Shown: positions 25,301-34,812 of the stretch, piece by piece
Position numbering within the stretch: position 1 is the first letter of the stretch
Layout: each line of letters opens with the position of its first letter
Source of the DNA: Burkholderiaceae bacterium
GTDB taxonomy: Bacteria; Pseudomonadota; Gammaproteobacteria; Burkholderiales; Burkholderiaceae_F
DNA: 46,201 nt
Direction: 5' to 3'
Assembly (NCBI GenBank): GCA_041747615.1
Contig: JBGTEW010000047.1
Coordinates: forward strand, 1-46,201
Translations under genes and position numbers: made by a program
The notes under the pieces: generated by a model
The model's input: the letters and a program-made list of their open reading frames with translations, nothing else
Told to the model about the DNA's origin: nothing
Databases searched by the model: none

Positions 25301-25957
25301 ATGTCATTCGACATCGGCTTCATGCTGCGCTCGGTCCCGATTCTTGCGGAGGGACTGACGACGACGTTGGCTCTAGCGCTACCAGCGATCCTGCTGGCAG
25401 CGGCGTGGGGCGTGCCACTAGTCGTCGGCCTGCGGAGCAAGAATTGGTTGCTGCAACGTACCGCACAAGGCTATGTGGAAGTCGTTCGCAACACGCCCGT
25501 CCTGGTACAGATGTTCTTCATCTTCTTCGGGTCGGGTGTGCTCGGCTATCCGCTTTCGGGGTTCGTGGCCGGCCTGCTCGCGCTGGTTCTTCAAAACGGC
25601 GCGTATGCCGCAGAGATCTACCGAGCCGGCATTCAGGCGGTATCGCAAAGACAGGCTGAGGCCGGACTGGCTCTGGGGCTAATGCCGGGAGCCGCCTTTC
25701 GGATCGTCGTTCTACCTCAGGCCTTGCGGAAAGTGATTCCACCGCTGTCGAATCAAGGAGTTTTGATCATCAAAGACACGTCGCTGGTGGCCACGATCTC
25801 GGTGGCTGAGCTGACGTTTCGAGCCAGACTCCTTACGGACCGTACGGCGGCCGTGTTTGAGATCTTCTTCGCCCTCGCGCTGTTCTACATCGTCTTGACG
25901 ACACTTTTTTCTCTTCTGATGCGGCTCGTAGAAGTCCGGCTGCGCGTCCAACAGTAG
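25301..25957 (+). CDS. amino-acid ABC transporter permease
   Basis: Polar-amino-acid permease pattern, with the EAA-like loop (AEIYRAGIQAVSQRQAEAGLALGL). Confidence 0.85.
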   Translation: MSFDIGFMLRSVPILAEGLTTTLALALPAILLAAAWGVPLVVGLRSKNWLLQRTAQGYVEVVRNTPVLVQMFFIFFGSGVLGYPLSGFVAGLLALVLQNGAYAAEIYRAGIQAVSQRQAEAGLALGLMPGAAFRIVVLPQALRKVIPPLSNQGVLIIKDTSLVATISVAELTFRARLLTDRTAAVFEIFFALALFYIVLTTLFSLLMRLVEVRLRVQQ

Positions 25958-25966
25958 GAACACAGC

Positions 25967-26611
25967 GTGGATGCCCTTCTGCCGAGCTTGCCCTTTCTTG
26001 CAAGGGGCATCGTCACTACCCTGTATTTATCGGTCGCGTCGACGGCACTCGCGTCACTGCTTGGAGTCTTGTTTGCCACGATCCAGTTGTTCGCGTGGCG
26101 TCCTTTCCAGTGGGTCGTCGAGGTTTACCTATACGTCGTGCGCGGCGTGCCACTGCTCGTGTTGCTCTTCGCGATGTACTACGCACTGCCATATTCAGGC
26201 ATTGACGTGAAGCCGGTGGTTGGGGGCATCGTCGTCATCGGTACTTACTTCGGCGCTTTCATGACCGAGGTATTCCGAGGAGCGGTTCTCGCGGTGCCAA
26301 GAGGACAGTGGGAGGCCGGGCGCGCGATCGGCATGCGGACTCCTGGGATCCTGCGCGATGTGGTGCTGGTGCAGGCGTTGAAAGTGGCTGGCCCACCGTA
26401 CATCAACACGACGATCATGGTCGTGAAAGGAACGTCCCTTGTTGCGGTGATCGGACTCGCAGACGTGACTTTCGTGGGGCGGCAGATCGTCGAGCGAACG
26501 CTCGCGCCGTTCGAGGTGTTCGGAGCCGTTGCCCTTGTCTACTTCGTCATCTGCTATGCGCTTTCGCGGCTCGGGCGACACATCGAAAAGAAAGCCAGCT
26601 ATGTCCACTGA
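25967..26611 (+). CDS. amino-acid ABC transporter permease (second subunit)
   Basis: GTG start. Same family as the first permease (TEVFRGAVLAVPRGQWEAGRAIGM). Confidence 0.85.
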   Translation: MDALLPSLPFLARGIVTTLYLSVASTALASLLGVLFATIQLFAWRPFQWVVEVYLYVVRGVPLLVLLFAMYYALPYSGIDVKPVVGGIVVIGTYFGAFMTEVFRGAVLAVPRGQWEAGRAIGMRTPGILRDVVLVQALKVAGPPYINTTIMVVKGTSLVAVIGLADVTFVGRQIVERTLAPFEVFGAVALVYFVICYALSRLGRHIEKKASYVH

Positions 26612-27404
26612 TGGGACGACGGCATCGCCTGTTGAGATCGACATTCGCGGACTGTCGAAGTGGTTCGGCAAGCACCAGGTGCTGAAGAAAGTATCTACCG
26701 AGGTGCGCCGCGGCCAGGCAGTTGTGGTGATCGGTCCGAGCGGGTCGGGGAAAACCACGCTGCTTCGTTGCATCAACCTTCTCGAGGAGTACCAGGAGGG
26801 GCAGATCACGATCGGCGGGCAACCCATGGGCTATGTGGTCGGTACCGACGGCCAGCGGACGCGCAAGCCTGAGCGAGACATCGCTGCGATGCGCGCGCAG
26901 GTGGGAATGGTCTTCCAGAGCTTCAACCTATTCCCGCATATGTCGGTTCTGCGGAATGTAGCGCTGGGTCCTGTCCGGATACGAGGTATGCGACGCGAGG
27001 AAGCGGAGGCGATCGGCCGTCGACTCCTTGATCGGGTCGGACTCTCCGACAAGGTCGACGCCTATCCGGCACAACTGTCCGGAGGGCAGCAGCAACGAGT
27101 GGCGATTGCACGCGCGCTCGCGATGGAGCCCAAGGCCATGTTGTTCGATGAGGTGACGTCTGCGCTCGACCCCGAACTGGTTGCCGAGGTACTGGACGTC
27201 ATGCAGCAGTTGATGGTGGAGGGCATGACGATGGTTATCGTGACGCATGAGATGGCCTTCGCGCGCTCATTCGCGGGCAAGGTGCTTTTCATGGCGGAAG
27301 GCGAAGTCGTGGAATCGGGAAGCCCCGACGCCATCTTTGACCGCCCGCAATCTGAGCGGCTTCAGGCGTTTCTCAAGCGCTTCCGGCAGGGCTATCGGAT
27401 TTGA
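26601..27404 (+). CDS. amino-acid ABC transporter ATP-binding protein
   Basis: Walker A GPSGSGKTT, signature LSGGQQQRVAIARAL and Walker B MLFDEVTSALD. ATG 26601 overlaps the permease end by 11 nt. Confidence 0.9.
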   Translation: MSTDGTTASPVEIDIRGLSKWFGKHQVLKKVSTEVRRGQAVVVIGPSGSGKTTLLRCINLLEEYQEGQITIGGQPMGYVVGTDGQRTRKPERDIAAMRAQVGMVFQSFNLFPHMSVLRNVALGPVRIRGMRREEAEAIGRRLLDRVGLSDKVDAYPAQLSGGQQQRVAIARALAMEPKAMLFDEVTSALDPELVAEVLDVMQQLMVEGMTMVIVTHEMAFARSFAGKVLFMAEGEVVESGSPDAIFDRPQSERLQAFLKRFRQGYRI

Positions 27405-27408
27405 CCCG

Positions 27409-28524
27409 ATGACGGGCCGCGCGCTTCTGCTCGAGATTGACGTCGGCGCAATTCGCGCCAACGCCCGCGCGGTCATGCAGGCGATTGGTCCGGGCACGCG
27501 ACTTTTCGCCTGCCTGAAGGGCGATGCCTATGGCTGCGGCATCGCTCACGTGGCACCGGCGTTGTCACACGAAGGCGTTCGTCAGTTCGCCGTTGGATCG
27601 GTCGACGACGCGGTCGCCATTCGGCGGGCAGGCGTCGATGCCGAAATTCTGCTGTATCCGAACTGTCTGCCTGACGCAGTGGCGGCCATCGAGTCGAATC
27701 GATTAACGGTCACGATCAACAGCGTTGACGAAGCAAGGGCCTGGAACAGCGCAGCCAGTTCGCCGTTGCCTGCGTTCATCAAGATCGACGTCGGCGCGCT
27801 GCGATCCGGCGTGATGCCAGATGCCGCCGGCAGGTTGGCGGACGAAGTGCGGCGGTTGGACAAGCTGGACGTCGTCGGCGCCTATGCGCACCTTCACTTG
27901 CCGGACCCGGTGCACATGCGAACGCACGCGCTGCATCAGCTTGGCGCGTTCAATTCAGCAGTGCAGCAGATCGAAGCGGTTGGAATCGCGCTGCGCACCA
28001 AGATGGTTGCGGGAACCGCAGCAGTCATGGAGTTTCCGGAGATGGATCTCGATGCTGTGGACCCCGGCCGTATGCTCTTTGGCATAGGATTTCCCGGGAC
28101 GACACGGTCGCTGGCACTGCGACCCGCAATCCGCCGCTGGACGACCCGGCTTCTGCTGGTCAAAGAGGTTGTTCCCGCCGACGTCGCGCCACATCCGGCG
28201 CCGTTCGAACTCACCCAGCCGATGAAGATCGGCCTGGCTCCACTGGGTTGGGGCGATGGCATGCCGCGGCGACTGCACTCGGATGCGCGCGTGTTGGTGC
28301 GCGGCAAACGGGTGCCGCTGATTCCTCCCAGCCACTTCGAACACATGCGGCTGGATCTGACCGAGGTTCCTGACGCGAGCTATGGCGACGAGGTCGTCAT
28401 CCTCGGTCGACAAGGCGACGCGACCGTGAGCCTCTCGGAAGTCTCCGCATGGGTCGGAAAAGACGACCTGCACTTTCTAGGAACACTGCCGCGCCATATT
28501 GAGCGGGTTGCGGTGAGCAATTGA
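27409..28524 (+). CDS. alanine-racemase-fold PLP enzyme (amino-acid racemase/D-amino-acid enzyme-like)
   Basis: FACLKGDAYGCGI matches the PLP-lysine motif (vKanAYGhG), followed by a TIM-barrel and beta-domain layout. ATG 27409 lies 2 nt after the ATPase stop region. Confidence 0.7.
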   Translation: MTGRALLLEIDVGAIRANARAVMQAIGPGTRLFACLKGDAYGCGIAHVAPALSHEGVRQFAVGSVDDAVAIRRAGVDAEILLYPNCLPDAVAAIESNRLTVTINSVDEARAWNSAASSPLPAFIKIDVGALRSGVMPDAAGRLADEVRRLDKLDVVGAYAHLHLPDPVHMRTHALHQLGAFNSAVQQIEAVGIALRTKMVAGTAAVMEFPEMDLDAVDPGRMLFGIGFPGTTRSLALRPAIRRWTTRLLLVKEVVPADVAPHPAPFELTQPMKIGLAPLGWGDGMPRRLHSDARVLVRGKRVPLIPPSHFEHMRLDLTEVPDASYGDEVVILGRQGDATVSLSEVSAWVGKDDLHFLGTLPRHIERVAVSN

Positions 28525-28554
28525 GAAACCACTACGGGCGATAGACAGATACAA

Positions 28555-29778
28555 ATGCCAGGCTCTCAAAGGAATGACACGCCAAGGTTTGGCCCGCTGC
28601 AGGGTCTGCGAGTGCTTGACGTTGGAAACATGATCGCGGGGCCGCTGGCGGCCACGCAGCTCGCGGACTTCGGCGCGGACGTTATCAAGATCGAGCTGCC
28701 GGGCATCGGAGACTCGATGCGTCATTGGTCACCGATGAAGGACGGGCGCTCGCTCTGGTGGAAGGTGATCGGTCGCAACAAACGCCTGATCACTCTCGCG
28801 TTGTCGAAACCGCGGGGACAGGAACTCCTGAAGCAACTCGTCCGAAACGCGGACATCCTGATCGAAAACTTCAGACCCGGGACGTTCGAGCGGTGGGGAC
28901 TCGGCTTCTCCGAGCTCAGCAAGCTCAATCCGCGCATTGTGATGGTCCGCGTCTCCGGCTTCGGTCAAACCGGGCCCTACGCGAAGCGTGGTGGCTACGG
29001 TACGATCGCCGAGGCGTTCTCGGGCGTCCCTTCTTTCACCGGTTTTCCGGATCGTCCGCCGACACTACCCGGCTTTCCCCTAGCCGACTCAGTGGCTGCG
29101 ACGTTCTCGGCAATGGCCGCGATGTTCGCGATCTACAACCGCGATCACGGCGAAGGCAAAGGCCAGGAAATCGACGTCAGCCTGTACGAGCCGTTGTTCC
29201 GCCTCGTGGAGTCGCAGGTGATCGGATTCGATCAGCTCGGCATCGTCAAGCAGCGGCAAGGTAACCGATTGTCCGAGGACTCCCCGCGAAACACATTCCT
29301 GACGCGCGATGGCCGCTGGATCGGCATCTCGGCGAGTTCGCAGCGTACGTTCGAGCGTCTTGCGGAAGCGATGGACATGCCGGAGCTGATCACAGATCCC
29401 CGGTTCGTCGACAACGCCTCGCGCTGCGCGAACGACGTTGCGCTCGACGAAATCATTGCCGACTGGTTCAAGCAGCGCGACTGCGACGAGCTGATGCAAC
29501 TGTTTGAAAGAGAGGAAGTCGTTGCGGGGCCGGTGCTGGACATCCGCGACATCGTCAAGGACCCGCAGTACGTCGCGCGCGAGAACATCGTGTCGGTCAA
29601 GGACGACGACTTCGGCAGTGTCTGTATGCAGGGGGTCGTACCAAAGTTCAGCGGCACCCCCGGCGAAGTGCGGCACTCTGGGCGAGCGCTCGGGGCCGAC
29701 AACGAAGCGGTGTTCAAGGAACTACTCGGCCTGACCGACGCGCAGCTGGCGGAGCTCTATGAGCAAGGAGTCATCTGA
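28555..29778 (+). CDS. family-III CoA-transferase (CaiB/BaiF type)
   Basis: LRVLDVGNMIAGPLAATQLADFGADVIKIELPGIGDSMR is a typical family N-terminus. Confidence 0.85.
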   Translation: MPGSQRNDTPRFGPLQGLRVLDVGNMIAGPLAATQLADFGADVIKIELPGIGDSMRHWSPMKDGRSLWWKVIGRNKRLITLALSKPRGQELLKQLVRNADILIENFRPGTFERWGLGFSELSKLNPRIVMVRVSGFGQTGPYAKRGGYGTIAEAFSGVPSFTGFPDRPPTLPGFPLADSVAATFSAMAAMFAIYNRDHGEGKGQEIDVSLYEPLFRLVESQVIGFDQLGIVKQRQGNRLSEDSPRNTFLTRDGRWIGISASSQRTFERLAEAMDMPELITDPRFVDNASRCANDVALDEIIADWFKQRDCDELMQLFEREEVVAGPVLDIRDIVKDPQYVARENIVSVKDDDFGSVCMQGVVPKFSGTPGEVRHSGRALGADNEAVFKELLGLTDAQLAELYEQGVI

Positions 29779-30938
29779 TGAGCGCGGTATTCGAAGGAGT
29801 GCGCGTCGTCGGTGCTGGCCAGACAGTCTATGCGAAAAAATCTCAGCACTCGATCCAGAAATTGATTTACGACGCTGGCAGCGCGGCGCTGCGCGACGCC
29901 GGTCTGGACTGGACACAGGTGGATGGATTGGCGATCACATCCTTCATGCTGCCGCCCGATAACGTCGCAACTGTCGCCGAACACCTCGGCATTGAGGCCA
30001 GGTTCCTGTTCCAGGGGCTTTACGGCGGGGCGTCGGGGGTCATCGGCATGGCCCACGCTGCGCGGGCCATTCGCGACGGCGCGTGTGACGTCGTCGTGGT
30101 CGCCGCAGCAGATGCTTTCGATGTCGCGTCTCACAACGAGACGTTGGATCGTTTCAATGGATCAGTGCGCGAGTTCATGTCGCCGCAGGGCTTCGGCGGC
30201 GCGAACGGCATGTTTGCGCTGCATACGCGGCTATACATGGAGCGCTACGGTGCGACGCGCGAGGACTTTGGTCGGTTTTGCATCGGGCTCCGTGCAAATG
30301 CCTTGTTGAACCCGAACGCCTTGTTCAAGGTTCCCCTAACGATGGTCGATTACATGAACGCGAAGCCGATCGCCGACCCTTTAAGGCTGTATGACTGCGT
30401 CATGCCATGCGTGGGGGGTGACGCGATCGTGCTTGTGTCCGAGCGGATCGGGCGCTCACTTGCCGGGCCAACCGTTCGGATCCTTGCGTCGGAAGAGATC
30501 CACAACTTTCCAGCCAATGACGCCTATTCAGCGCCTGGCGGGTGGGAAGGCTTCGCGGATCGGTTGTATGACGGTGCAGGATGTCGGCCGGAGGATCTGC
30601 ACTTTGCGCAGCTCTATGACGACTACCCGGTGATGTGCTTCGTGCAGCTAGAAGGCTTGGGCATATGTGCGAAAGGGACCGCACACCAGTTCGTTCGATC
30701 GACAGACATTACTGCCAAAGGTGGCTTCCCGATCAACACGGGCGGTGGCCAGCTATCGGCCGGGCAGGCGGGTGCAGCCGGTGGAATGATCGGTGTGTAT
30801 GAAGGCGCGACTCAGCTGCTCGGCCGGGCCGGCGCGCGCCAAGTCAAGTGCACGCGCGGAGTGGTGGCTGGGTACGGCATGGTGGCCTATGGCCGAGGCC
30901 TGTGTTCGAGCGCCGCGGTGCTCGAGCGCGCGGAATAG
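29778..30938 (+). CDS. thiolase-like protein (SCP-x/Ltp type)
   Basis: 386 aa with thiolase-fold motifs. The start overlaps the upstream stop (TGATG). It is followed by a DUF35 OB-fold partner, the usual pairing for this subgroup. Confidence 0.75.
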   Translation: MSAVFEGVRVVGAGQTVYAKKSQHSIQKLIYDAGSAALRDAGLDWTQVDGLAITSFMLPPDNVATVAEHLGIEARFLFQGLYGGASGVIGMAHAARAIRDGACDVVVVAAADAFDVASHNETLDRFNGSVREFMSPQGFGGANGMFALHTRLYMERYGATREDFGRFCIGLRANALLNPNALFKVPLTMVDYMNAKPIADPLRLYDCVMPCVGGDAIVLVSERIGRSLAGPTVRILASEEIHNFPANDAYSAPGGWEGFADRLYDGAGCRPEDLHFAQLYDDYPVMCFVQLEGLGICAKGTAHQFVRSTDITAKGGFPINTGGGQLSAGQAGAAGGMIGVYEGATQLLGRAGARQVKCTRGVVAGYGMVAYGRGLCSSAAVLERAE

Positions 30939-30948
30939 GGGACAGGAC

Positions 30949-31383
30949 ATGAGTGCAACGGCGAATTCCGGCGTCTTGAAACCGCAGCCACGTGTCAACG
31001 AACTCAACCGGCCTTTTTGGGAAGGAGCGAACAGCGGCACGCTGATGATTCAGCGTTGCGCACGACCGGAGTGCGGCAAAGCCGTGTTCTATCCGCGCGT
31101 GTGTTGTCCCTTCTGCAAAGGGGCCGAACTGAACTGGGTCAAAGCTTCGGGCCGCGGACGCATCATCTCGCACACGACGGTGCGCCGTACCCACCACGAC
31201 GGTTTCAACAGCGAGGCGCCCTATGTGTTTGCGGCCATCGCCCTTGACGAAGGGCCTTGCCTTTACGCGCAGCTGCCAGGGGCGCCGCTGGAAGACTCCC
31301 TGACCGACCGCGAAGTCGAGGTGGAGTTCGCCGAACACGGCCCCAGCCGGCGAATGCCTGTGTTTCGACTGTCCACTGTATGA
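30949..31383 (+). CDS. DUF35 Zn-ribbon/OB-fold protein
   Basis: PFWEGANSGTLMIQRCARPECGKAVFYPRVCCPFCKG contains a CxxC...CxxC ribbon, followed by an OB-fold tail. ATG 30949. Confidence 0.75.
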   Translation: MSATANSGVLKPQPRVNELNRPFWEGANSGTLMIQRCARPECGKAVFYPRVCCPFCKGAELNWVKASGRGRIISHTTVRRTHHDGFNSEAPYVFAAIALDEGPCLYAQLPGAPLEDSLTDREVEVEFAEHGPSRRMPVFRLSTV

Positions 31384-32459
31384 ACACTCCCGAGATGCAA
31401 TTGGATTTCGGATCGGAAAACACTGCTCCGGTCCACCCGGCCTTTGTGTCCGCTGTCACCTCAGCCAATGTTGGCTTCGCGACTAATTTCGAGGATGAAG
31501 CGTGGACTGAACGTGCACTTCGATCGCTGCGGAAATTCTTCGAGCACGACAGCCTGCAGGCGTTCACTGTAGTTACCGGAACGGCAGCGAACGCGATTGC
31601 CCTGGGCGCGATGGTTCCCCCTTACGGCACCATTCTTTGCCACTGGGACGCGCACATCGAGACCGACGAATGCGGCGCCCCGGAGATGTTCAGTTTTGGC
31701 GCGCGACAGGTACCGCTGGCCGGCGAACACGGCAGGCTGTCGCCTGCTGCGGTGAGCAAACACCTGTCGCACGCGCGTTTTGGCGTGGTGCATTCGTTGC
31801 AGCCTGCCGCATTGAGTCTAACCAACCTCACCGAAGCAGGAACCGCCTACACGCCGGAGCAGATCAAGGAACTCGCGGCCATCGCCCGTCGATATGGGCT
31901 TGGCGTGCACATGGACGGCGCCCGCTTTGCAAACGCGGCGGCCACGGTCAAAGCAACGCCCGCGCAATTGTCATGGCAGTCCGGAGTTGACGTGTTGACT
32001 CTTGGGACGACGAAGAGCGGCTCCTTTGGTGTGGAGACGATCATCTCCTTCAATGAGAAGTACAACACGGCGCTCGCGTTCCTTCGTAAGCGCTCCGGCC
32101 ATTTGGTTCCGAAGACGCGTTTTCTCGGCGCTCAGCTTCAGGTTTACATGGATGACAACCTGTGGCTGAAGAATGCCCGCCACGCCAACGAGATGGCCCG
32201 CCAGCTCTCGCGAGGATTGTCGAATCTGCCGGGTGTTGAGCTGATGCACCCGGTCGAGGGCAACGAAGTCTTCGTCAAGATGCCGGATTCAATGGTGAAC
32301 CGCTTGGTTGAGCGCGGTTGCAAGTTCCAGCGCGACTGGCGCCCCGAACCGAATCACCATCGCTTTGTCTGCTCCTGGGCCACAAGTCTCGAACAGGTGA
32401 ACGCGCTTATTTCGATAGCACGCGCTGCAGTCGTGCAGATCACGGACCCGGTGTCGTAA
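31380..32459 (+). CDS. threonine-aldolase-family PLP enzyme
   Basis: ATG 31380 overlaps the DUF35 stop (ATGA). Motifs: GTAANAIAL, HMDGARFANA, LGTTKSG (PLP Lys). Confidence 0.75.
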   Translation: MNTPEMQLDFGSENTAPVHPAFVSAVTSANVGFATNFEDEAWTERALRSLRKFFEHDSLQAFTVVTGTAANAIALGAMVPPYGTILCHWDAHIETDECGAPEMFSFGARQVPLAGEHGRLSPAAVSKHLSHARFGVVHSLQPAALSLTNLTEAGTAYTPEQIKELAAIARRYGLGVHMDGARFANAAATVKATPAQLSWQSGVDVLTLGTTKSGSFGVETIISFNEKYNTALAFLRKRSGHLVPKTRFLGAQLQVYMDDNLWLKNARHANEMARQLSRGLSNLPGVELMHPVEGNEVFVKMPDSMVNRLVERGCKFQRDWRPEPNHHRFVCSWATSLEQVNALISIARAAVVQITDPVS

Positions 32460-32483
32460 GGCTGCGCACGCGCTTCCGCCGCC

Positions 32484-33659
32484 GTGTCCAGATCCGTTGT
32501 TCTTCTTTGCGCATTCATATTCAGCAATACCTTCGCCGTCGGGGCGTTTCCGGTCCTTTTGCCAGAAATGGCAAGCGATGGGTTCATTAGTGACTTCGCG
32601 CTTGGCGCCATCGCCGGCGCGTTCGGGCTGGCGCGCCTAGCCGCAGATATCCCCGCCGGCCTTTTCATCACTCACCACCTGCGGCGAGCACTGATTCTCG
32701 CCGCCGCCTGCATTGCGGCAGGCGTGCTGTGCCTCAGCATCGGCGGACCGCTGTGGTTACTGATTCTTGGTCGCATCCTGTGGGGTGTGGGGCACTCACT
32801 GGCGATGGTCAGCGGCATCACGGCCATCATTCGCCACACGCGGCCCGGCGGACACGCGGTGTCACTCAACGCCTTCGAGATGAGCGGCATGTGCGGTGTT
32901 CTTTTAGGGATAGTCGGCACCGGACTCCTTCCCCGGGACTGGCCCTGGAACTTGTCTTTGGCGGTGGCATCGTCGCCCCTGCTGGTCGGCCTGTTGCTGT
33001 TGCCGTTCATGCTGAGCGCCATACCCACGGACCGTCGCCCTGCTGCTGCGCGGCCGCTCTTCTCACGCATCGACCGCGTTGGAACTCGACCACAGTCTGG
33101 CGCTACCCGATCAGGGGCGCGGTGGCTGATGGTGCTCGCAGTCGCGAGCGGCGCAACGATCGCGTTTGCCTGGTCGGCGATCGGTCAATTCATTCTGCCG
33201 CTGCGAGCGAGCCGGGATTTCGAGCTGGATCGGATAGGAGTGGCCTCGTTGGTTGCGGTACCGCAGTTCGTCGACGTGGCGCTGTTGTTGCCCATCGGAG
33301 CGCTCGCGGATCGTACCTCGCGCGTGAAAGTGCTCGGGTGGGTGCTGATCATTCTCGCTGCCGGGGTGACTGCAGTGACTTTTGGCTCACTACCCGTTGC
33401 AATCATCGGTTGCGTGCTGCTCGGCATCGGGCTCGCCGCCTGGATGCTGCCGGTGAGCCTGGTCAATCAGGATGCAGAGGCCGGTAGCGTCGCATGGCGA
33501 ACCGCGCTGTATCGCGTCGCTGTGGATGCCGGCATCTTTCTCGGCCCACTGCTCAGCGGTCTCCTGATAGGTTATTCACTGCTCGGCGCGGTCGGCGTCC
33601 TTGTTGCGGCGACATTGGCGACACTCGGGATCGCATTGTTGCTGCGTAGATCCCAGTAA
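32484..33659 (+). CDS. MFS transporter
   Basis: 391 aa with about 12 hydrophobic segments. GTG start. Confidence 0.75.
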   Translation: MSRSVVLLCAFIFSNTFAVGAFPVLLPEMASDGFISDFALGAIAGAFGLARLAADIPAGLFITHHLRRALILAAACIAAGVLCLSIGGPLWLLILGRILWGVGHSLAMVSGITAIIRHTRPGGHAVSLNAFEMSGMCGVLLGIVGTGLLPRDWPWNLSLAVASSPLLVGLLLLPFMLSAIPTDRRPAAARPLFSRIDRVGTRPQSGATRSGARWLMVLAVASGATIAFAWSAIGQFILPLRASRDFELDRIGVASLVAVPQFVDVALLLPIGALADRTSRVKVLGWVLIILAAGVTAVTFGSLPVAIIGCVLLGIGLAAWMLPVSLVNQDAEAGSVAWRTALYRVAVDAGIFLGPLLSGLLIGYSLLGAVGVLVAATLATLGIALLLRRSQ

Positions 33660-33938
33660 GAGCCGCTGTCTCGACGTTCACTTCAGGTCGGCGGAGCGAA
33701 CTCGCCGAAAAGGTCTCGCTGAGGCTGAGATGGCGATGGATCAGATGCAGAAGTTGATGTCGACGCTGTCGAATACGATGAAGAAATTAGTGAGACCTCC
33801 AACGCAATCGTTCAAAGCAAGAAACAACTTCGGTTGATGCGCGAAGCTGCCCTGCGCTAAATATGACTGGCATGTGGACATGTCCTCAAGCAAGTCCTTG
33901 CGCAATTCTGCGCGAATCAAGGTAACATTTCGGCGTGT

Positions 33939-34011
33939 TGCCGTGTAGCTCGGAGCGGCAGTGGCCTTGCCAAGGTTGAGGTCGCGAGTTCGAGACTCGT
34001 CTCCCGCTCCA
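33939..34011 (+). pseudogene. degenerate tRNA-Gly(GCC)
   Basis: The 3' two-thirds, CCTTGCCAAGGttgaGGTCGCGAGTTCGAGaCTCGTcTCCCGCTCCA, closely match canonical tRNA-Gly-GCC (anticodon 33969..33971). The 5' acceptor strand (tgccgtg) cannot pair with CTCCCGC, and the D-arm (TAGCTCgGAGC) has lost its loop. Confidence 0.6.
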
Positions 34012-34078
34012 GTTCCAATGGCAACTGAGGGGAAGCCAAAGCGCTTCCCCTTTTGATTCAGGGCAGGCCGTGCAAAGC

Positions 34079-34152
34079 GGCGGGGTGGCAGAGTGGCCAT
34101 GCAGCGGACTGCAAATCCGTGTACGCCGGTTCGATTCCGACCCCCGCCTCCA
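34079..34152 (+). tRNA. tRNA-Cys (GCA)
   Basis: GGCGGGGTGGCAGAGTGGCCATGCAGCGGACTGCAAATCCGTGTACGCCGGTTCGATTCCGACCCCCGCCTCCA. The acceptor pairs 7/7, the anticodon loop is CTGCAAA, the T-loop is TTCGATT, CCA is encoded, and there is one C-A mismatch in the T-stem. Confidence 0.9.
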
Positions 34153-34201
34153 TTGCCCCTCTGACTGGAAAAACGCCCGGCCATCTCATAGAATCGGTGC
34201 G

Positions 34202-34546
34202 ATGCGCGATCGATTCAACCGACCTCTAAGTCCCGAGCAAGTCGAGTCGCTCATTTTCAAGGTGAGGGAAGGCGCCATGTCGCGGCAGCAGACCGACCCG
34301 CTGGGTGCTGACCTGCTGTTCAAGGCCGTGCGTGCCATCACCATGCTGTGGCGCGAGTGCGCGCTTCACGACAACTTGACCGCTACCGCTGAGCAAGTGC
34401 TGGACGCCACCGAGGCCAGGCTGCACGAGTGTCTGGAGCGGCAGTCAATTGCCGAAGCCGCGGAGGCGCTGGCCGAAGTCAAGCGTCTTAAAAGCGTTAT
34501 CAAGGATCCGCCCGACGCGCACAAGCCGTGGTTCGAGAACATGTGA
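34202..34546 (+). CDS. hypothetical protein (114 aa) between two tRNA genes
   Basis: ATG 34202 (MRDRFNRPLSPEQVESLIF...). The upstream part of the track ORF (34070..) overlaps tRNA-Cys and is discarded. No family recognised. Confidence 0.45.
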   Translation: MRDRFNRPLSPEQVESLIFKVREGAMSRQQTDPLGADLLFKAVRAITMLWRECALHDNLTATAEQVLDATEARLHECLERQSIAEAAEALAEVKRLKSVIKDPPDAHKPWFENM

Positions 34547-34556
34547 TTTCGTTGCT

Positions 34557-34641
34557 TGGTGCCCGGGGCGGGAGTCGAACCCGCACGCCTTTCGGCCCAG
34601 GATTTTAAGTCCTGTGCGTCTACCAATTTCGCCACCCGGGC
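34557..34641 (-). tRNA. tRNA-Leu (TAA)
   Basis: The reverse complement is GCCCGGGTGGCGAAATTGGTAGACGCACAGGACTTAAAATCCTGGGCCGAAAGGCGTGCGGGTTCGACTCCCGCCCCGGGCACCA. It is 85 nt with a long variable arm and anticodon loop CTTAAAA. Confidence 0.9.
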
Positions 34642-34812
34642 GATGCCTAGCGATCTTATCGCGCGCGCAATTCGCACTTGCGCAGACAAGGATGACCGTA
34701 AAACAGCCTCAATTCCGAATGTTCTACGGAGTGCGGCCTAGCAGAATCAAGGCGTTGGCCTCTGTGTCCATTGTGTTACGGTGGACAACATGGTGCTCTG
34801 TATGAAGGCAGG

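Noticed and set aside
33741-34184. 147-aa minus-strand ORF, and the 36-aa plus-strand sORF MAMDQMQKLMSTLSNTMKK... (33731..33838).
   Set aside because: The long ORF runs antisense through the tRNA-Cys gene and the tRNA-Gly remnant. The small ORF has no RBS or recognisable family, so I cannot support either from sequence alone.
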